The notes beneath the pieces were generated by a model. That model worked only from the letters and a program-made list of their open reading frames with translations. It was not told where the DNA came from and ran no database searches. The position numbers and the translations under genes are program-made. Shown here piece after piece: positions 43,900 to 55,725 of a stretch of DNA of 64,000 bases (positions are counted from its first letter, which is position 1; each line of letters opens with the position of its first letter). Source of the DNA: Eledone cirrhosa. Lineage: Eukaryota. Location: positions 32,054,001 to 32,118,000 of the forward strand of contig OZ024753.1 in assembly GCA_964016885.1 (NCBI GenBank), in the 5' to 3' direction.

Positions 43900-44200
43900 A
43901 CGACGAAGACGTCCTTCGCATATGTATCTGGGGGATTACTTCCAAGCTGGCTTGGAAACCACTGGACTGAGGATGATACAGAGATGGTAGTCATCCTGCC
44001 AGATTGACCTATGTCCGTACATCTTGTTCCTTTGTTGAATTGGGACACCATATTCACCAATATTTCCAATAACTGCAGCATGCAAGAGGCTGAGAACGAA
44101 CCACGGAGAGCTTTGTGTTTGCTTGGTGGGTTTTGAAAGAGGAGATAGTGTCTATAGCCTTCACAAGACCTCTGAAACCGGTGCTGCACCAGTCAGGAAC
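43900..44200 (-). pseudogene. Decayed non-LTR reverse transcriptase fragment
   Basis: FRGLVKAIDTI resembles F.DL.KAFD.V. After a frameshift, ISVSSSVQWFPSQLGSNPPDTYAKD resembles V.SGVPQGS.LGP.LF..Y..D. Confidence 0.45.
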
Positions 44201-46315
44201 TCTTATGCTATTGCTTACCGGCTTTTCTTTCATAATTGAAACATTATTTATAAAGAAGCCAAAGACATAAAAATCAATTGAAAAATCTTGTACATAATTG
44301 AATAGGAACAGATATAACAAAAAATATCTATTAACAATGAAAAAAGGTTTATTTCTGTTGATTGCAGCACCAAACAAATGACGTGGTATAAAATAACTTT
44401 ACATATTGAAAAGAAGAGAATTTTATTGTAAATTAGAGAAATGCATTAGCAGAATATAGATAAAAAAAATTGAATAAGTTGTTATATCTTAAAAGTTATT
44501 TTTACTTTGGAAAATATTTTCAATCACACATACAAACACACACACAATATATATATATATATACACACATCCACAAACACGTCGGTCTCTGATTATGTGA
44601 GGGAATGTGTGACAATACACGTACTGAGTGGGGGTTTATTGAAGAAACAATTGAATATCATTGATTTAGTTATATTTTCTGAAGACAATAGTGAGAAAAT
44701 GAATTTATTTTGAACAATTTATTTCTAGCTCTAAGAAATGTTAGCTAGCAATAAAACGTGATACAATGACTGAATTAATAACAGATGCGTCGCTTCCGGA
44801 TTCTTGTGATATTTGGCAACGCTTTGAAACCTTCTTTACGACCATGTGATTGAAATCCTCATTAGACGGTTTTAATTGGAGAAATTCTACTTAACAGTAT
44901 TAACAAAATCAATAGTTATTTTATTGCACAACTTTACACAAATGTATGTTTTGCACCAGTTTACGTTCACTTCAAATCTATTCACACAGCATATCATCCT
45001 TATAAAAGGTTATCAGATATACAGAATCCAATGAATTATCTGTTTGCTCGATACAAATTAGAATGCTCTGTATTTCAGTTATATTATAAATTTTATAAGA
45101 AATACAATGCATTGCTATATAATACCCTTCCATTCACAGAATCATATGAATAATTGTTTTCTGATGAGGAGAAATTCTTTTGAAATTTAGTATAAGTTTA
45201 ATCACATATTTTATGTTTGTAATGAACGATAGTTGAATGTGTTTGTAGTTCATTCTTATCAGAGCGATTTTCTACATTCTGAGTTCACATCTCGCCTAGG
45301 TCAATTTTGCCTTTCACCTTTCTTGGGCCGATAAAATAAAGAACCATTTAAGTACTGGGGTCGATTTTCTAGGGCCGATAAAATAAAGAACCATTTAAGT
45401 ACTGCGCTTCGATTTTCTACACCTCGAAAATGCTGGGTCTTTGTCTTAATTAGAAACTTTTAATCAAATCAGTTAAAAATAGCAGCGAAACATAATTTTA
45501 TCACAGTATCATCGTAAAAGATGGGGCACATGTCTATCTTGACTAGTGTAGCCTTGGATACACTATACGTCAGAACAAATGCGCAATGATCGTAGCTTCT
45601 ACGCTTTTAATCATATGTCGGTTTACTCAAGGCTGCCTGGAGTTTAAATAACATTACCACTAGCAACAACAACCGCTTAAATATAAAAGAATGATAATGT
45701 TTGACAGAACTATAACAATTGCATTACTAGATTCAATTAGTATGTATGTACAGTAATTCTAAAATGTTTAAAGTGGAAATGAAGAAATCAATATAGAATA
45801 GCATTTAAAGAAAGTTCCTCTCAGATATCAGAAGACTATATTAGATTTGGGTAAAACACACGAACATTTGAAATACGAAATCGATGATGTTAGGAAGACC
45901 AAATTTTCAATGGAAATTCTATTAAAAGGCAAAAGGTAAATATAACATTACATAAACTAGAAAATATTTCTCTATCTGAATCAATACAGCACAAATCCTG
46001 CAAAATAGCTTCTATCAAATTCTAGAAATTTGCCTTAATCAGTCAGGACGATATCGGGGGTTGAGTTGGCCAGCATTCATCTAATTTAACTGTTGAAAAC
46101 GGTGTGACTTAAAGGTTGACATTGATAGGCTTTCACCGAAATCAATTTAAGATAAATTCATTAATTGTAACTTAAGAAAGGATAGACGTCCATTTAATCA
46201 TAGTGGATGAGTATCACTTAAGAATAGTTTTTTTATTCTCAAGAAATTAAGAATTGCTTTTCAAAAGATGGAGTTTAAATTAACAATTAACATAATATAA
46301 AATCAACAATGATAC

Positions 46316-46354
<39 letters not shown>

Positions 46355-46467
46355 AAGCTTCTCTCGCACTCTTTTTGATTTCTATTTAATGCACAGTTCA
46401 TCCTCTCTCATACAACCCACAGACCAGAAGAATCCTATTATTTTCCTCTTTCGATGCGCCCCCGCCT

Positions 46468-46556
<89 letters not shown>

Positions 46557-46924
46557 TACATATATATGTTTTATGTGTTAAATATTTCCGAAGAAAAAGC
46601 AAAGGGAAAAACAGTGCTCTACGTTAATACAGAGCTATTTAATTAGGAAGTAAAGAATACAATATAACTTATTTACTTACTAATTAAATATATATATATA
46701 TACACACACACATACATTTTACTGTATATATTTTTAAGTCTTAAAGACCAAGTTAGTTTCCTTGATTATTCTTTTGATGAATGGAATTTTGGCTGAGATT
46801 TTGCACTATAATGTACGAGATAGTTTGGAAGGGTTAATTCGAGATCCTCATTTTGTTATCATATTCCAAACGAACGTCAGAGACTATGGTCTTCAAAAAT
46901 AATGAGAAATTTAGAGAGGCTTGT

Positions 46925-47070
46925 TATTAGTAGCGGGATAGGTAGGGAGAGGGGGAGGGATGATGAGGAGAGGAGAAGTAGAAATGACTATTTATATATA
47001 TATATATATATATAGTGTCACTTCTACTTCTTCCTCTCATCGTCATCCTCGCCTCCCCCCTATTCCGTTA

Positions 47071-47076
<6 letters not shown>
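46925..47076. repeat. Imperfect inverted repeat centred on a (TA)n tract
   Basis: TATTAGTAGCGGGATAGG...AGAAGTAGAAATGACTA versus TAGTGTCACTTCTACTTCT...CCTATTCCGTTACTAATA. Confidence 0.75.
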
Positions 47077-47124
<48 letters not shown>

Positions 47125-47126
47125 AA

Positions 47127-47342
47127 TCGATCGACTTTCGTCAAATCGGACCGAGGAAACAATGTTTCCATTGGTCTTTCCAATTGCTAATACTATCTAT
47201 CGGTCGCAACTCCAGGTAGAAGGAGCAACGTGAAATAAAGTGTCTTGCTCAAGGACATAACGCATCACCTGCTCCAGGAATCGAACTCACAACCTTCCGA
47301 TTGCGAATCCAATTCTCTAACCACTCAGCCACACGCCTTCAC
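47127..47342 (-). mobile_element. CORE-type SINE (family B variant)
   Basis: Near-identical to 54470-54686; tRNA-like head at the right end. Confidence 0.88.
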
Positions 47343-47401
47343 TGAGTGAGATATATATATATATATCACTGAGTGAGATATATATATATATATATATATA
47401 C

Positions 47402-47793
47402 ATTTTGAGTATATGTTGATTGTTTACCGACACCTCAGTATGCAGATTGGAGCCCTCGACGAAGTACGCAGGTTGGTTTGTTTACTCCGGAGTAATGTAA
47501 AATAAAATAAGTAAGTCAAATATGTAAAATTTGGCTTCGTTTATTATAAATTATAGATTTGCTGCTATATATACTTTGGTGACAGCCATTATTGTCTGTG
47601 ACCTCTTCAGACAGTCCGAATTGGAGTGGAAAAGACAGGTACACATGTTGTTGAAGTGTTTCACTCTGTCAATACATCGATATGTCCAGCTCTTCGGTGT
47701 ATTGTTAGTCCTCCGAGGAACTGGAATCATATGTAAATCTATAATTTATATTAAACGAAGCCAAATTTTACATATTTGACTTACTTATTTTAT

Positions 47794-47797
<4 letters not shown>
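47402..47797 (-). mobile_element. Family P5 copy with degenerate HHR and short inverted tail
   Basis: Homologous to 15425-16020. The HHR at 47561-47615 has GAAA mutated. Confidence 0.8.
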
Positions 47798-47836
<39 letters not shown>

Positions 47837-47837
<1 letters not shown>

Positions 47838-48794
47838 ACGAGTAGGACCCCGACGGCTGAGCTCAAGCCGTTTCGACGGCTAATTCTGGACTGAATTAGT
47901 CCAGAATTAGCCGTCGAAACGGCTTGAGCTCAGCCGTCGGGGTCCTACTCGTTCCTATTACCCACTCTACTACCGTAAGTATTGAGTACTTTGGTACGTT
48001 ATGGTCCACCTGGTTCCTTACCACATTTCCTCCGTTATATATATATATATATCAGGATAGAGCTAGATTTAAAATTGTTAGACCATTACTCAACAGAGTA
48101 CTCCTTGCATGGATAGTAGAGTATGGTTATATTATAAAAAATCGGGGCCCGAACATTCTTAAAGCCTACTATATAAGCAGCGTTCTCCTTAATAGGCGTG
48201 TTTTTGAAACTAAGTTTCTTACATAAAATTATTATAGAAATCTCAGAAAAATGGGAAAACACGGCTTATGGAAGCTGTTAGAACAACAAAATACCGTCGA
48301 AGCGGCGTTGGGTAAAATATTACCTCGAAGGATAGAGATCAGCGGCTCGATGTGAGTTGACTCGAAACTGCAGGATGTTGAGATCTGAAGAGCATATTTT
48401 AATGCTTGTGACCTGTTCGCTCTCATCCATTCTATTTCCTCCTTCCTATCTTCTCTTCCTTCCTTTGAGTCAACTCACATCGAGCCGCTGAACTCTGTCA
48501 TTCGAGGTAATATTTTACCCAACGCCGCTTTGACGGTATTTTGCTATTCTAACAGCTTCCATACGCCGAGTTTTCCCATTTGTCTGAGATTTCTATAATA
48601 ATTTTATGTAAGAAACTTAGTTTCAAAAACACGCCTGATAAGGAGAACGCTGCAAGAATGTTCGGGCCCCGATTTTTTATAATATAACCATACTCTACTA
48701 TTCCATGCAAGGAGTACTCTGTTGAGTAATGGTCTAACAATTTTAAATCTAGCTCTATCCTGATATATATATATATATATATATCAGGATAGAG

Positions 48795-48840
<46 letters not shown>

Positions 48841-48899
48841 CGGAGGAAATGTGGTAAGGAACCAGGTGGACCATAACGCACCAAAGTACTCAATACTTA
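47837..48899. mobile_element. Composite nested fold-back: a P3 palindrome plus a second element with about 310-bp arms
   Basis: P3 arms 47837-47892/47898-47953; inner arms about 48050-48365/48464-48765; the P3 tail 47977-48040 is mirrored at 48835-48899. Confidence 0.85.
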
Positions 48900-49468
48900 G
48901 AAATGTTTTAGATAGATATAACAAACAGTATTGTACCATAGAACAAGGACTTGTTTCAGGTGGTTTGGTAGCAAGAGGGTAAATAATATCTAATATATAT
49001 GAGAGTTGAGAGTTGCCAAACGTTTCATATCAGATTTATGAGACTTATCCACTATTTTTAATAAAATGAAATGCTTAATTTTAGAAAAAGGTATTTCAGA
49101 AAACGCGCTGATATAAGATATCTTATCAATCCGAAGATATATCTTTCCTTCGTATTCGAAATATAGGAGATAATCTATTATGAGAAACTATATTTCATTT
49201 CCTTTTAACATTCACTAGGCTAAGTCAGTTACTATGGATATTAACGTACAATTTTCTGTTCGTACACAGAAATATGTTTACTAGATATCGCAGGAAAGTT
49301 ATTATCTTCCAAACAGTAAATTCTAAGTATTTCGCTTTGAAATTCCATAATCGGGATACACAGCGTTGGCAAGGTTGGAAATTAGAGTTGAAGTGAAGCA
49401 AAACAAGTAACACTACAGACTCCATTTTCCCTGACTTCGTTTCAAAAGCCACGCACAAATACATAAAC

Positions 49469-49519
<51 letters not shown>

Positions 49520-49600
49520 TCTATATACACATATATACACACACATATATATATATACATATATACACACATATATCTATATACACATATATACACACAT

Positions 49601-49647
<47 letters not shown>

Positions 49648-49654
49648 TATACAT

Positions 49655-49691
<37 letters not shown>

Positions 49692-49695
<4 letters not shown>

Positions 49696-49896
49696 CGTAG
49701 GTCCCGGGTTGAGTCGGGGATAACCACAGTAAGTAAGGTACTCAATACATGGCAGAGTAACATTTTTTATTTTATAGAAGGAGCTTCTACAGGACTAGTA
49801 CTGTTTCATTCAGATGAAATCTTCAGGAAGCCCTTCCTGAAGATTTCATCTGAATGAAACAGTACTAGTCCTGTAGAAGCTCCTTCTATAAAATAA
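49692..49896 (-). mobile_element. Fold-back PLE-like element (family P10): 130-bp palindrome with a 2-nt centre
   Basis: 64-bp arms 49767-49830/49833-49896; the tail continues on the minus strand to about 49692 and then into (TA)n. Confidence 0.88.
49781..49833 (-). ncRNA. Type I hammerhead ribozyme
   Basis: GGGCTTC-CTGAAGA-T-TTCA(TC)TGAA-T-GAAAC-AG(TACTAGTC)CT-GTA-GAAGCTC; 7-bp stem I including one G:U pair. Confidence 0.85.
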
Positions 49897-50805
49897 TATA
49901 TATATACGCACACATATACATATATATATATATATATATATACACAGAGTATATATGGTATACGTGTGTGTATTAGCGTGTTTGCTTCTATTCATTCGAT
50001 AGAAAACGTGCTATATAGATATAATTCGTCTTACTACATACAAACATTGAATGTTCATCGTCTAAACCAGAGGATGCAGAAATGTTAGTTTTATTGATGC
50101 GGTTGATATTCTGGCGTCAATGACACTTGTTCAATACAAGTTTTGCCTTTGTATATGTTTATCTTTTTTTTGTCAGGGTGGGTGGGGTGGCAGTAGTTTA
50201 TCGCCATATTAATTTTTCTAATTATGAATTTTACCTTCTCACTTTGTATTCTCTGCGAATCTAAAAACAGCCATGTTATTACATCTTAAATTTCTCTTCT
50301 ATTTATCTAATTAAATTTCTAAAGAAGCCATAGATATGATTACACACAATTTTGTTAAGATAAAGATACTACCGAAATAAAAACCAACACAGCTCTACTG
50401 AGAATAGCCTGGTTCTCATTAACGTTTGGTGTTGTTGCTATTGGTGGTTTCGTTGCTGTTATTGTATTTTCTTTTATGTTCTTATGTTTCGGTTTAACTC
50501 ATGTCATACAAATCTTAAGTTATACTATATAATATTTTGTTCTGTTCCTTGTTTCAGTCATTAGATTGCGGCCATGCCGAAGCAGCGCTGTAAATTGATT
50601 TTAATGGATAATATCGATCCCAATACTTACTTTTCAAAGTCTGGTACTTGCTGTTTCGATCTCGTTTTGTAAAACGACTAATTATGAGAGATCAGCAGAG
50701 AAACAGACGTAAGCGGGCACAGCTTCGTACACGCACCTCAACATCCTTCTGATAAATATTGCCTGTACAGGTAATCAAATTGTGTATATATTTTTAGGGC
50801 ACACC

Positions 50806-50867
<62 letters not shown>

Positions 50868-50877
<10 letters not shown>

Positions 50878-51016
50878 GTTTTATATATGTGAGTGAAATT
50901 TAGTAGACGGAAGGAAACTGCATATATGTATATATACATATAAATATGTTTTATATATGTGAGTGAAATTTAGTAGACGGAAGGAAACTGCAGTAGCTCG
51001 TCGTATATATGTTCTG

Positions 51017-51079
<63 letters not shown>

Positions 51080-51241
51080 ACGTGCTTCTGCAGTTTCCAA
51101 CCGTCTACTAAATTTCACTCACATGGCAATTGTCAATTCGAGGTTATAGATAAAAAGACATGTGACGAAAATAGCACACATTAAATTTGAACCTGAGAAC
51201 ACATGGGTGCGAATCGAACTCTTTAACCCCCCAGACATGCT
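50868..51241 (-). mobile_element. Degenerate SINE (family C) whose 3' end is duplicated in tandem and inverted around (TA)n
   Basis: GTGAGTGAAATTTAGTAGACGGAAGGAAACTGCA occurs twice (about 50889 and 50959), and its near reverse complement lies at about 51089-51124. Confidence 0.65.
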
Positions 51242-51574
51242 TACATCTCGGGGTGGGGGTGTGGCTTATGATTTTTAAATTTCCACGTCATGAATATACT
51301 AATTGTTTATGTTAAAAGTTTGTGTTTATATATGACAAAAAGAGAGGGCGATAGATATTTCTGATTCTAACATTAATTAAATAATTACTAATTTAGAAGT
51401 TAATCCATTCGAAATAATTAAGTTAGGATTTAAATATTTTTATGTTATTTTTTCCAAATTGCTGTTAATTAAATATGGCAACGGATTCATATATAATTAT
51501 TGCTAATTATTCTTAATTATATTTTCTCTTGACATTGCTGTTGCCAATCTTATTTCGGAGTTATTATATTTTGT

Positions 51575-51753
51575 TGGATTGGAAGAATCGGTAGAGAAGC
51601 GGGCACCTTGCTGTGCAGTATATAGTTACGGCCCTTCCTTTCCGAGTTCAAATCTCGCCGAGGTTAACTAAGCCTTTCATCCTTACGGGGTTCGATGAAA
51701 TAAAGTACCAGACAAATACGGGGTCGATAGAGACGATTATCCCCTTGCTCCCC
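51575..51753 (+). mobile_element. Diverged SINE family A
   Basis: GAGTTCAAATCTCGCCGAGGTTAAC...GCCTTTCATCCTTACGGGG. Confidence 0.78.
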
Positions 51754-51952
51754 TACGGTGGTGGTGTGGTAGAGATTGAGAAAGTATTAGAGTTGGAGGC
51801 GATGGTAGTAGTGTTGGTTTTAATGATGGAGGTGGTAGTCGTAATAGTGATTGTTGTTGGTGAGGTGGTGTGTGTGTGTGGAGGGGGGTGGGTAATGCTA
51901 ATGATTGCCTTAGCGTTTGCTCTGATGTTGATGATGCTAGTGTTAATGGTGA

Positions 51953-52135
51953 TAATTGTTTATATTTTTGGCACAAGGCCAGCAAATTAACCAGTGTATT
52001 ACTGGTACTTTATTTTATCGACACCGTAAGGATGAAAGGCAAAGTTAACCTGGGCGGGATTTGAACTCAGAATAGCAAGGGCCGTAACTCAATGCGTCAA
52101 AGGATGGCGTCCGACCCTCTACCGATACTGCCAAT
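51953..52135 (-). mobile_element. SINE family A
   Basis: Reverse-complement full copy. Confidence 0.9.
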
Positions 52136-52239
52136 TGACAATGATGGTTGGGTTGTCATAGTAATGCGGCGGTTGTTTCCGCTGGTAGTGGTGTGTGGGG
52201 GGGGGGGGGTTAAGACTGTAGTGTTCGTTAAGATGCCGT

Positions 52240-53410
52240 AGTTGTTGTTGGCGGTGGTGATGGTTGTTGATGTTGCTCGTGGTGGTGGTGGTGTGGTGTT
52301 GTTGTTGGCGGTGGTGATGGTTGTTGATGTTGCTCGTGGTGCTGGAGGTGATGATGGTACTGGTGATGGTGGTGTGGTGATGGTGTTGGTGGTGGTGGTG
52401 GTGGTGATGTTGCTCGTGGTGCTGGAGGTGATGATGGTAGTGGTGATGGTGTTGGTGTTGCTGGTGGTGGTGGTGGTGTGGTGATGGCGTTGGTGGTGGT
52501 GGTGGTGTTGATGGTAGTGGTGGTGGTGGTGTGGTGATGGTGTTGGTGTTGGTGGTGGTGGTTGTGTTGATGTTGCTCGTGGTGCTGGAGGTGATGATGG
52601 TAGTGGTGATGGTGTTGGTGTTGCTGGTGGTGGTGGTGGTGTGGTGATGGCGTTGGTGGTGGTGGTGGTGTTGATGGTAGTGGTGGTGGTGGTGTGGTGA
52701 TGGTGTTGGTGTTGGTGGTGGTGGTTGTGTTGATGTTGCTCGTGGTGCTGGAGGTGATGATGGTAGTGGTGATGGTGTTGGTGTTGCTGGTGGTGGTGGT
52801 GGTGTGGTGATGGCGTTGGTGGTGGTGGTAGTGTTGATGGTAGTGGTGGTGGTGGTGTGGTGATGGTGTTGGTGTTGGTGGTGGTGGTTGTGTTGATGTT
52901 GCTCGTGGTGCTGGAGGTGATGATGGTAGTGGTGATGGTGTTGGTGTTGCTGGTGGTGGTGGTGGTGTTGCTGGTATTGGTGGTGCTGGTGTTAGTGACG
53001 ATGTTGATACTGCTAGTGGTGGTGATGTCGCTAGTGCTGGTGGTAATGGTGATAGTGGTGATGGTGATAGTGGTGGTGGTGGATGTGATGGTGTTGATGG
53101 TGGTGATGTCGTTGCTAGTGGTGGTGGTGGTGTTGGTGGTGATGTGGCTAGTGGTGGTGGTAGTGGTGGTGGTGTCGCTAGTGGTAATGGTATTGGTGGT
53201 GGTGATGTCGCTAGTGGTGGTGGTGGTAGTGGTGGTGATGTGGCTAGTGGTAATGGTATTGGTGGTGGTGATGTCGCTAGTGGTGGTGGTAGTGGTGGTG
53301 ATGTCGCTAGTGGTGGTGGTGGTGGTAGTGGTGGTGGTGGTGGTGTCGCTAGTGGTAATGATATTGGTGGTGGTGATGTCGCTAGTGGTGGTGGTGGTGA
53401 TGGTTAAGGT
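52240..53410. repeat. (GGT)n-derived satellite with a 163-bp higher-order period
   Basis: TGCTCGTGGTGCTGGAGG recurs at 52411, 52574, 52737 and 52900. Confidence 0.88.
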
Positions 53411-53804
53411 GATAATCATATTAGTTGTGTTATAATCTTCCATTCGATTCGTCATCATTTAGCTGGCAATATAATTACCTCAGATGTCATTGAACTACAG
53501 ATACATATGTAATTACTGTGTTAATTATGAAAGGGGCCATCTACGTACGTTGCTATCTATGATGATATTGTATGCTATATCATCTATAATTCATTATTTC
53601 AACAGTAATTCACTTAGTTTGCTGTTGCGGTGAAATTAAAAAAAAAAAAATCATACGTAGTCAGCAATGAAGGAATCATTCAATGAAGAATATATGTTTG
53701 CATTGTCTGTCAGAAAATTAAAATTATCTGTAAATGAAACGTTACAACTGCTGGATTTCTTAGGTATATATATATATCTATATATATATATATATATATA
53801 TTTC

Positions 53805-53942
53805 GTTTCTGAGTTTGTTTAGCAAGATTCTTTATCTAAAATCGTGTGTTGAAACCGATATTGTTACACTTTGGGAGGGTCATGTTGCCAATACTGGTGC
53901 GTGTGTTTCTTATTGGCAACATGACCCTCCCAAAGTGTAACA

Positions 53943-53946
<4 letters not shown>
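53805..53946. mobile_element. Family P8 hairpin copy
   Basis: 36-bp perfect arms 53858-53893/53911-53946. Confidence 0.72.
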
Positions 53947-53975
<29 letters not shown>

Positions 53976-54005
53976 TGTATGTATGTATGTATATATGTAT
54001 GTGTG

Positions 54006-54111
<106 letters not shown>

Positions 54112-54271
54112 TGTGTGTGTGAGTGAGTGAGTGAGTGAGTGAGTGAGTGAGTGTGTGTGTAATATAGACTTATAATTGTTTCTACTTTAGACACAAGGCC
54201 AGCAATTATCCAGTGCATTACTGGTACTTTATTTTATAGACTTATAATGTATAAGATATATGGGTACACAA

Positions 54272-54308
<37 letters not shown>

Positions 54309-54402
54309 CTATCCCCCATAAATGTATGCACACTTTGATGATCTGTACAGGCAATATATTTTAGAATGTTTTTGAAGCGTAAACATTTGTGGGGGACACA
54401 TG

Positions 54403-54433
<31 letters not shown>

Positions 54434-54469
54434 ATATACATATGTATATATGTATATATATATCGACAG

Positions 54470-54686
54470 TCGATCGACTTTCCTCAAATCGGACCGAGGG
54501 AACAATGTTTCCGTTGGTCTTTCCAATTGCTAATACTATCTATCGGTCGCAATTCTAGGTAGAAGGAACAACGTGAAATAAAGTGTCTTGCTCAAGGACA
54601 TAACGCATCGCCCGGTCCCTGGATTCGAACTCACAACCTCTCGATTGCAAATCCAATTCTCTAACCACTCGGTCACGCGCCTTCAC
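54470..54686 (-). mobile_element. CORE-type SINE (family B variant)
   Basis: Copy of 47127-47342. Confidence 0.88.
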
Positions 54687-54812
54687 ACACGCATATATAT
54701 GTATATATAATTGTTTCTAGTTTTGGGACAAGGCCAGCAATTATCTCAGTGTATTACTGGTACTTTATTTTATCGACCCCCGTAAGGTTACATAACCTGC
54801 AGTACTTCAATC

Positions 54813-54959
54813 CATGGATTGAAGTACTGCAGGTTATGTAACCTTGAACTCTTTTACATATTAAAATCCAAAAACAAACTACTTAACGATAGAATCGAAC
54901 GATCATTATACTGCAACCACAAACTAAAAGCTAAATTCTCTCACTATAAAATAACTTAA
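54813..54959 (+). pseudogene. C-terminal fragment of a PLE GIY-YIG endonuclease
   Basis: HGLKYCRLCNLELFYILKSKNKLLNDRIERSLYCNHKLKAKFSHYKIT* matches the C..C..E...I....LLN.R.E....C.H pattern recalled from invertebrate PLEs. Confidence 0.8.
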
Positions 54960-55157
54960 CATTCGAACCCGTAACTATAACATCGCTTTCTAGCTAACCA
55001 CCTTCTCTTCCCCCACACTACAAGACAATACACTGCTTATCACTATAAATGGTAACTCAGTGCAATTCTCAGATTACTACTACGAACCCAGAGTTCACTC
55101 ACCACATAGACTTCGTCTGTCCCCTCTCTATCTCTCTCTCTACATCCATTACACACA

Positions 55158-55196
<39 letters not shown>

Positions 55197-55470
55197 CTTT
55201 GGCCTACCTCCCTCTCCACATCTATGAACCTGGCCTCTGGGGCAATAAATAATTCCGACCTTAACTATCAACGCATCTCTCCAAAAGTAACCAGTATAAT
55301 AAACCCCTACCATAACTTTTGATTAAGATATCTACAAACCACTCTCTCCTATCTCTCCAACCCCTGCATATCTTTCTCTCCCTCTCCCCTACTTTTCTCT
55401 CTTCCTTTTCTACTCTATCTTCTCCAACAACCCCACTTAAGGGTATTTACATTGTACATTTAAACCAGTC

Positions 55471-55582
55471 TGCTCTGAGGATAAAGTGGTCACAGCATTG
55501 GATATTTGAGTTCTGCAAATAGTTGTAAATTTGCACATACCATAACTAGGCTGTAGTACCACCGTGGAAACATTTGTAAGCA
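55471..55582 (+). ncRNA. Type I hammerhead with a long stem II insertion
   Basis: TGCT-CTGAGGA-[..GTGGT(C)ACAGC...GCTGT(AGT)ACCAC..]-GAAAC-ATTT-GTA-AGCA. Confidence 0.75.
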
Positions 55583-55684
55583 CACGGAATAAATTACCTT
55601 TTTATGATGTCTACCTGTTATTATTCATTCTTTATATATATTCATTCTTTATATATATTATTCTTTATATATATTATATATATA

Positions 55685-55725
<41 letters not shown>

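Larger units (their letters stand above)
54784..55660 (+). mobile_element. 5'-truncated Penelope-like element (family P2): palindromic 5' end, endonuclease C-terminus, 3' UTR and HHR
   Basis: 62-bp perfect palindrome 54784-54845; coding remnant to 54959; HHR at 55471-55582; ends in (TA)n and abuts a truncated SINE A 3' fragment (54708-54787). Confidence 0.88.

Noticed and set aside
45156-45200. CTGATGAGGAGAAATTCTTTTGAAA possible hammerhead
   Set aside because: Stem II is weak, there is no convincing stem I or III, and there is no element context.
52097-53458. 453-aa Thr/Pro/His-rich mucin-like ORF
   Set aside because: It is a translation of a (GGT)n satellite. The 163-bp period is not a multiple of 3, so the peptide changes frame each unit, and the ORF ends inside a SINE.
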